Source: Shewanella halifaxensis HAW-EB4 (GTDB lineage Bacteria; Pseudomonadota; Gammaproteobacteria; Enterobacterales; Shewanellaceae). From it: a stretch of DNA of 30,000 nt. The translations under genes and the position numbers were made by a program. Numbering within the stretch: position 1 is the stretch's first letter; every line of letters starts with the position of its first letter. The DNA is taken from contig NC_010334.1 of NCBI RefSeq assembly GCF_000019185.1, positions 259,976 through 289,975 on the forward strand, given 5' to 3'. The notes under the pieces are model-generated. The model saw only the letters and a list, made by a program, of their open reading frames with translations. It was not told where the DNA came from and did no database searches. This document shows, piece by piece, positions 25,902 through 30,000 of the stretch.

Positions 25902-26876
25902 ATGATGAACACCAATGAGAGTGTTAAAGATCTTTCTGTTGCTCACCTTCAGCTAATAGTCTGTCTTATTAAGCATGGAAACGCCTGCGTAGCATCAGAT
26001 GAGCTCGGTATGAGTCAGTCGACAATCAGTTATCATCTACGTCGCGTGCGAAGTATTTTTTCTGATGAGATGTTTGTAAGAACCGGAAAAGGGCTTAAAC
26101 CCACCGAGCGCTGTCTTCAAGTTGGTCATTTTGCCCAAGACTTGATTAACCGTGTTGAAGAGGAATTAATTCACGGTAATGACTTTGAGGCAACCCATAT
26201 TGAGCGAGAGCTGAGTTTAATTGCTGATGATACTGCCTGTGGTTGGTTTGGGGAGTTATTTGTCGATCTGCACAAGGCACTGCCTAAGGTAAACCTGTGT
26301 GCCCGTCCCTGGTATCTAAATGCAATGAAAGACTTAGATAACGGCGCCGTTCACTTTGGATTGCATATTATGCAAAGCGGTATCAAGGGGATTTATGATC
26401 TAGAAGTGGCTCCCTGCTATCGTTTATGTGTGGTGCGAGATGGGCATCCTCTGGTGTCGCAAGGTGAGGTAACGCTGGAAGATCTGGCTATGTATCCGGT
26501 AATTTTGAATGACTTAGCTGGCTGGAATAATAACGGTCACTCGGTGATGGAAACCGTCCTTAAAAACCACGGCCTTAAAGCAAATTTAGTAGGGCGCTTA
26601 GGTTATGTAAATAGCATTTTTAGTGCGTTACAGGGCTGTAATGCGATTACCTACACTTCAGCCGTGTCTCTACCTAAGGATCTGTCAGGCTTATCTCTAC
26701 TTAAGGCGCCTGCAGCACTTGATGCCGTCGAATGCAACTACCGGCTTTATATCAGTAAGACACGCTATGGTTCACAGGAAACTAATTACTTAATTGAGTT
26801 TCTTTATAATTCTTTTAAGCGCTTTGCTACTCGTCAATATGAAAGGCCAGAGGTCGCCCCTATTATTAGAAGTTGA
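25902..26876 (+). CDS. LysR-family transcriptional regulator
   Basis: 324 aa. N-terminal wHTH LIKHGNACVASDELGMSQSTISYHLRRVRSIF, followed by a LysR-type effector domain. The start could be the second ATG (25905). Confidence 0.85.
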   Translation: MMNTNESVKDLSVAHLQLIVCLIKHGNACVASDELGMSQSTISYHLRRVRSIFSDEMFVRTGKGLKPTERCLQVGHFAQDLINRVEEELIHGNDFEATHIERELSLIADDTACGWFGELFVDLHKALPKVNLCARPWYLNAMKDLDNGAVHFGLHIMQSGIKGIYDLEVAPCYRLCVVRDGHPLVSQGEVTLEDLAMYPVILNDLAGWNNNGHSVMETVLKNHGLKANLVGRLGYVNSIFSALQGCNAITYTSAVSLPKDLSGLSLLKAPAALDAVECNYRLYISKTRYGSQETNYLIEFLYNSFKRFATRQYERPEVAPIIRS

Positions 26877-26930
26877 TAATTCTGACTATTATGGGTAATA
26901 GTGTCGCAATTAATAACCGTTAATTAGAGG

Positions 26931-28253
26931 TTATTCAATCGGCAACCAGACCTGAGCATGCAATCCACCTTCACTGCGGTTGGTAAGGATCACCTTGCCC
27001 TGATGCCTATCGACAATACGTTTGATAATCGCCAGACCAAGCCCTGAGCCAACACTGCCGCGGGCCGTATCACCTTGAGTAAAAGGTTGAAAGAGTTTAG
27101 GGATCTGCTCTTCATCGATCCCAGGACCGTTATCTTCGACACTAAAGCCGACGTACTGACCATTAAATTGTGAGTTAATTCTTACCCAGCCGTTACCGTA
27201 GCGGTAGGCATTTTCGACTAAATTGCTGAGCACACGTTTTACGGCAATACCTTGCATCGGAATGCGTGGACACTCAACTAACTCTGAATCGATGCTGCCC
27301 TCACGGTTAGATTCGGCCTGAATCACATCTTGAATTAAGTCGTTTATCTGCTCTAACTCTCGAGTGCCTTCCTGATCTTGGCGGATATAGGAGATGAACT
27401 GATTGATGATGGCATCCATATCTTCGATATCGTTAACTATGCCATCTTTCAGATACTGATCTTCTTCGACCATCATTTCAGAGGCCAGTCGAATGCGAGT
27501 TAGCGGGGTACGTAAGTCATGAGATATGCCAGCCATCAGCAGCGCCCTATCTTGCTCCAGCTGCTTCATGCTATGAGACATCTGATTGAAGGTGTTAGTC
27601 ACCTCAACAATCTCTGTTGAGCCACTCAATGGTAAAGGGTCAGGGTAATCACCTCGTGATACGGCAATCGCCGCTTTTTGTAATCGCCTCAACGGACGAT
27701 TCTGTTGCCGGGCAAACCACCAGCCTCCGGCCACGCTTAGGGCGCCAATAACCATTAAATATAGGGTAAGCGGTGAAAGGTTTTTCTCATTGAGCCCGGT
27801 TAATGGCACTCTGATCCAGATTGAGGGCGCTTGAGGAGGGCGGATCCAGATCTCAAATTCTTCCCCCTGAGCGATGCGCACTTCAGCCTCGCCACCTAGG
27901 TATTCGGACATTTGAGAAGATAAAAAACTGTAGTAAGTCGCACGATCGATACCGGCTTGGCGAGCTTGTTTTAGGTTATAAAACTGCATGGTGTCATCAC
28001 GCACTTTGGCGTTGAGGGCATCGACCATGGTGAGGTGTTCACGACCAATATCGATGCCGCCAACAAATAATAGCTTCACTTGCCGTGCTATCAATTGGTT
28101 TATCTGCTGATAGCTGGGTTTTATAAAGTAAACCGCAACAGAGATGTATGACACTAGTTGGTTTGTTAGCAGCAGGCAGCCAATTAGCATTACGGTTTGG
28201 CTGAAGGAACTGCGTGGCAAAAAGCGTTGCCACCATCGTCTGTTTATAGCCAC
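26931..28253 (-). CDS. envZ: Osmosensor histidine kinase EnvZ
   Basis: 440 aa, collinear with E. coli EnvZ. H-box [24 protein letters not shown] and N/G boxes [24 protein letters not shown] start at 28253, downstream of ompR. Confidence 0.92.
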   Translation of the reverse strand: MAINRRWWQRFLPRSSFSQTVMLIGCLLLTNQLVSYISVAVYFIKPSYQQINQLIARQVKLLFVGGIDIGREHLTMVDALNAKVRDDTMQFYNLKQARQAGIDRATYYSFLSSQMSEYLGGEAEVRIAQGEEFEIWIRPPQAPSIWIRVPLTGLNEKNLSPLTLYLMVIGALSVAGGWWFARQQNRPLRRLQKAAIAVSRGDYPDPLPLSGSTEIVEVTNTFNQMSHSMKQLEQDRALLMAGISHDLRTPLTRIRLASEMMVEEDQYLKDGIVNDIEDMDAIINQFISYIRQDQEGTRELEQINDLIQDVIQAESNREGSIDSELVECPRIPMQGIAVKRVLSNLVENAYRYGNGWVRINSQFNGQYVGFSVEDNGPGIDEEQIPKLFQPFTQGDTARGSVGSGLGLAIIKRIVDRHQGKVILTNRSEGGLHAQVWLPIE

Positions 28254-28285
28254 TTAGTTATTATCACTTAGTTATCGTCGCCTAG

Positions 28286-29011
28286 CTATTTGCGTGATTG
28301 GCCATCAGGTACAAATACATAACCTAAGCCCCACACGGTTTGGATATAGCGTGGGTTAGCGGCATCTTTTTCAATCAGTCGACGCAGGCGCGAAACTTGT
28401 ACGTCAATCGAACGCTCGAGTGCCGAGTAATCGCGGCCACGAGCAAGATTCATTAATTTGTCGCGCGAAAGAGGTTCCCGTGGATGACTAACTAGCACTT
28501 TAAGTACCGCAAATTCACCGCTCGTTAGCGAAATACTTTCTTCACCGTGGTACATCTCGCGGGTGGCCAGATTCAGGGAGTACTCACCAAAGGTGATCTC
28601 CTCTTCCTGCAGGGTTGGTGCGCCAGGCACTTCAGGTGTTTGGCGGCGCATAACGGCTTTAATTCGGGCGAGCAACTCTCGTGGGTTAAACGGCTTAGGT
28701 AAGTAGTCATCGGCACCCAGTTCTAGACCGATAATTCTATCCACTTCATCGCCCTTGGCTGTTAGCATCACGATAGGGATGGGGTTACCCATTTGGCGCA
28801 GGCGACGGCAGATAGACAGACCATCTTCGCCAGGAAGCATAAGATCGAGTACCAGTAGATGGAAGTTTTCGCGTTCTAATAAACGGTCCATTTGCTCGGC
28901 ATTGGCAGCACTACGTACCTGATAACCTTGTTCCATCAAGTAGCGTTCTAATAAAGCGCGTAGTCTCATATCATCGTCGACGACGAGAATTTTTGAGGTT
29001 TCTTGTCCCAT
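28286..29011 (-). CDS. ompR: Response regulator OmpR
   Basis: From ATG 29011 it reads MGQETSKILVVDDDMRLRALLERYL..., nearly identical to E. coli OmpR through ...YIQTVWGLGYVFVPDG. The ORF-track start at 29056 adds 15 unmatched residues. Confidence 0.93.
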   Translation of the reverse strand: MGQETSKILVVDDDMRLRALLERYLMEQGYQVRSAANAEQMDRLLERENFHLLVLDLMLPGEDGLSICRRLRQMGNPIPIVMLTAKGDEVDRIIGLELGADDYLPKPFNPRELLARIKAVMRRQTPEVPGAPTLQEEEITFGEYSLNLATREMYHGEESISLTSGEFAVLKVLVSHPREPLSRDKLMNLARGRDYSALERSIDVQVSRLRRLIEKDAANPRYIQTVWGLGYVFVPDGQSRK

Positions 29012-29362
29012 GCTTGTGGTCCTTTTGCTCGGCGGCCAGCCCTTATCTTTAGGCAAATGGCTGATATTGAATGCGAATCATCCTAATATAGCTGTTTTAA
29101 TATGTTAATGACTAGCAGGCATTTTAACTAATAGGTTAATGCCGATGGCTATGTTTGCGTAAATTATAGTTAACATGCTGAATATCAATGAAAATATGGC
29201 TTTGTCGACGTCTATTTGAAATTGTAAGAAAATTAATAGCACTGACTTATCTGGAAAATTCTACAGTGAGTCTATTTGAACTGGCATAGCTCAGCTTGAC
29301 TGGATCTGTGCTATGATTTTTGTCCATCAATTTTGATTAATCCCTTTTAGAAAGTAGAACCT
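29012..29362. promoter_or_regulatory. Divergent ompR / greB intergenic region
   Basis: 351-nt AT-rich spacer between divergent genes, the same arrangement as in E. coli. No individual sites assigned. Confidence 0.5.
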
Positions 29363-29842
29363 ATGAGAACCGCTATCGTCACCCGTGAAGGTTTCGAGAA
29401 ACTGCAAAAAGAACTAAATTACCTTTGGCGTGAGCATCGACCTGAAATCACTAAAATTGTGAGCTGGGCTGCGAGCTTAGGCGATCGTAGTGAAAATGCT
29501 GACTATACCTTCAATAAAAAGAAGCTGCGTGAAATAGACCGTCGAGTGCGTTATTTACGTAAGACGCTCGAAAATGTACAAGTCGTTGATTACTCTCCGG
29601 CACAAGAGGGTAAGGTATTCTTCGGTGCTTGGGTCGAAATCGAAAACGATGATGGCAATAAATTACAGTTTAAGATTGTGGGTTATGACGAGATTTTTGG
29701 TCGTAAAGATTACATTTCCATCGACTCGCCTATGGCGCGTGGCTTGTTGAAAAAAGAGGTCGATGACGAAGCGGTAATTAAGACACCTACCGGTGAGCAA
29801 GTTTGGTATATCAATCGTATCTCCTATCAAGGTTTCGAATAA
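29363..29842 (+). CDS. greB: Transcript cleavage factor GreB
   Basis: 159 aa. LNYLWRE.RPE.TK.V.WAASLGDRSENADY and GKVFFGAWVEIENDDG...IVGYDEIFGRKDYISIDSPMAR are almost identical to E. coli GreB. Confidence 0.93.
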   Translation: MRTAIVTREGFEKLQKELNYLWREHRPEITKIVSWAASLGDRSENADYTFNKKKLREIDRRVRYLRKTLENVQVVDYSPAQEGKVFFGAWVEIENDDGNKLQFKIVGYDEIFGRKDYISIDSPMARGLLKKEVDDEAVIKTPTGEQVWYINRISYQGFE

Positions 29843-29866
29843 TCCGCCTCCATATTTTCGGCGAAT

Positions 29867-29900
29867 AAAATCGCAGCCTCAACAGTAGGCTGCGCGATTT
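29867..29900 (+). terminator. Terminator hairpin after greB
   Basis: AAAATCGCAGCCT-CAACAGT-AGGCTGCGCGATTT. The stem has one bulge, starts 25 nt after the greB stop, and is followed by a short T-run. Confidence 0.5.
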
Positions 29901-30000
29901 ATACCGCGCAAATAACATAATTGTCTTAGTATTTGCATTAACCAAATCCATGCGCTGTGGTATCTTTGGTGCAATACCTTTTATCAACTAGGCTCGACCT

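Noticed and set aside
29210-29280. The 11-bp direct repeat GTCTATTTGAA occurs twice, exactly 60 bp apart, in the ompR-greB spacer
   Set aside because: In an AT-rich spacer, an 11-mer recurring within about 100 bp is close to chance expectation, and no known OmpR or IHF consensus is evident. It is worth a glance only if footprinting data exist.
1-30000. CRISPR arrays, tRNA/rRNA genes, prophage genes or defence-system genes
   Set aside because: No regularly spaced short repeats, cloverleaf-like sequences or characteristic ORFs were seen on either strand. All large ORFs are accounted for by metabolic, envelope or regulatory functions.

Overview
The window reads as chromosomal DNA from a gammaproteobacterium. 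Protein similarity and codon style suggest a marine Shewanella/Alteromonadales-like organism, but I cannot confirm this without a search. It holds four blocks.

(1) 1-4580, minus strand: yaaU-like MFS transporter (truncated at the left edge) and fixXCBA, the electron-transfer flavoprotein system for carnitine reduction.

(2) 5565-16089, plus strand: an expanded carnitine operon, caiT-caiA-caiB-caiC-caiD-[MaoC/hydratase-2 double hot-dog gene]-caiE-[HSL-family esterase]-[LysR regulator]. It is separated from fixA by an unusually long (~985 bp) AT-rich control region. That region carries a helically phased array of CTAATA/TATTAG inverted repeats.

(3) 16215-26876: an accessory-looking region with two periplasmic arylsulfate sulfotransferase (ASST) modules.
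- Module 1 (minus strand): omp-assT-dsbL-dsbI.
- Module 2: dsbL-dsbI (minus strand) divergent from assT-omp (plus strand).
- A TetR gene lies between the modules and a LysR gene after module 2.
- The dsbL-dsbI cassette occurs twice as a ~1.31 kb direct repeat with a constant 4875-nt offset, no indels, and about 18 mismatches by manual comparison. The two assT genes and the two omp genes are old, strongly diverged paralogues.

(4) 26931-29842: core genes envZ-ompR (minus strand) and greB (plus strand).

I saw no rRNA, tRNA, CRISPR array, transposase or integrase. The items most worth follow-up are the duplicated DsbL/DsbI oxidase cassette serving two OMP-coupled ASST enzymes, the hydratase-2 gene inside the cai operon, and the operator-like repeat array between fixA and caiT.
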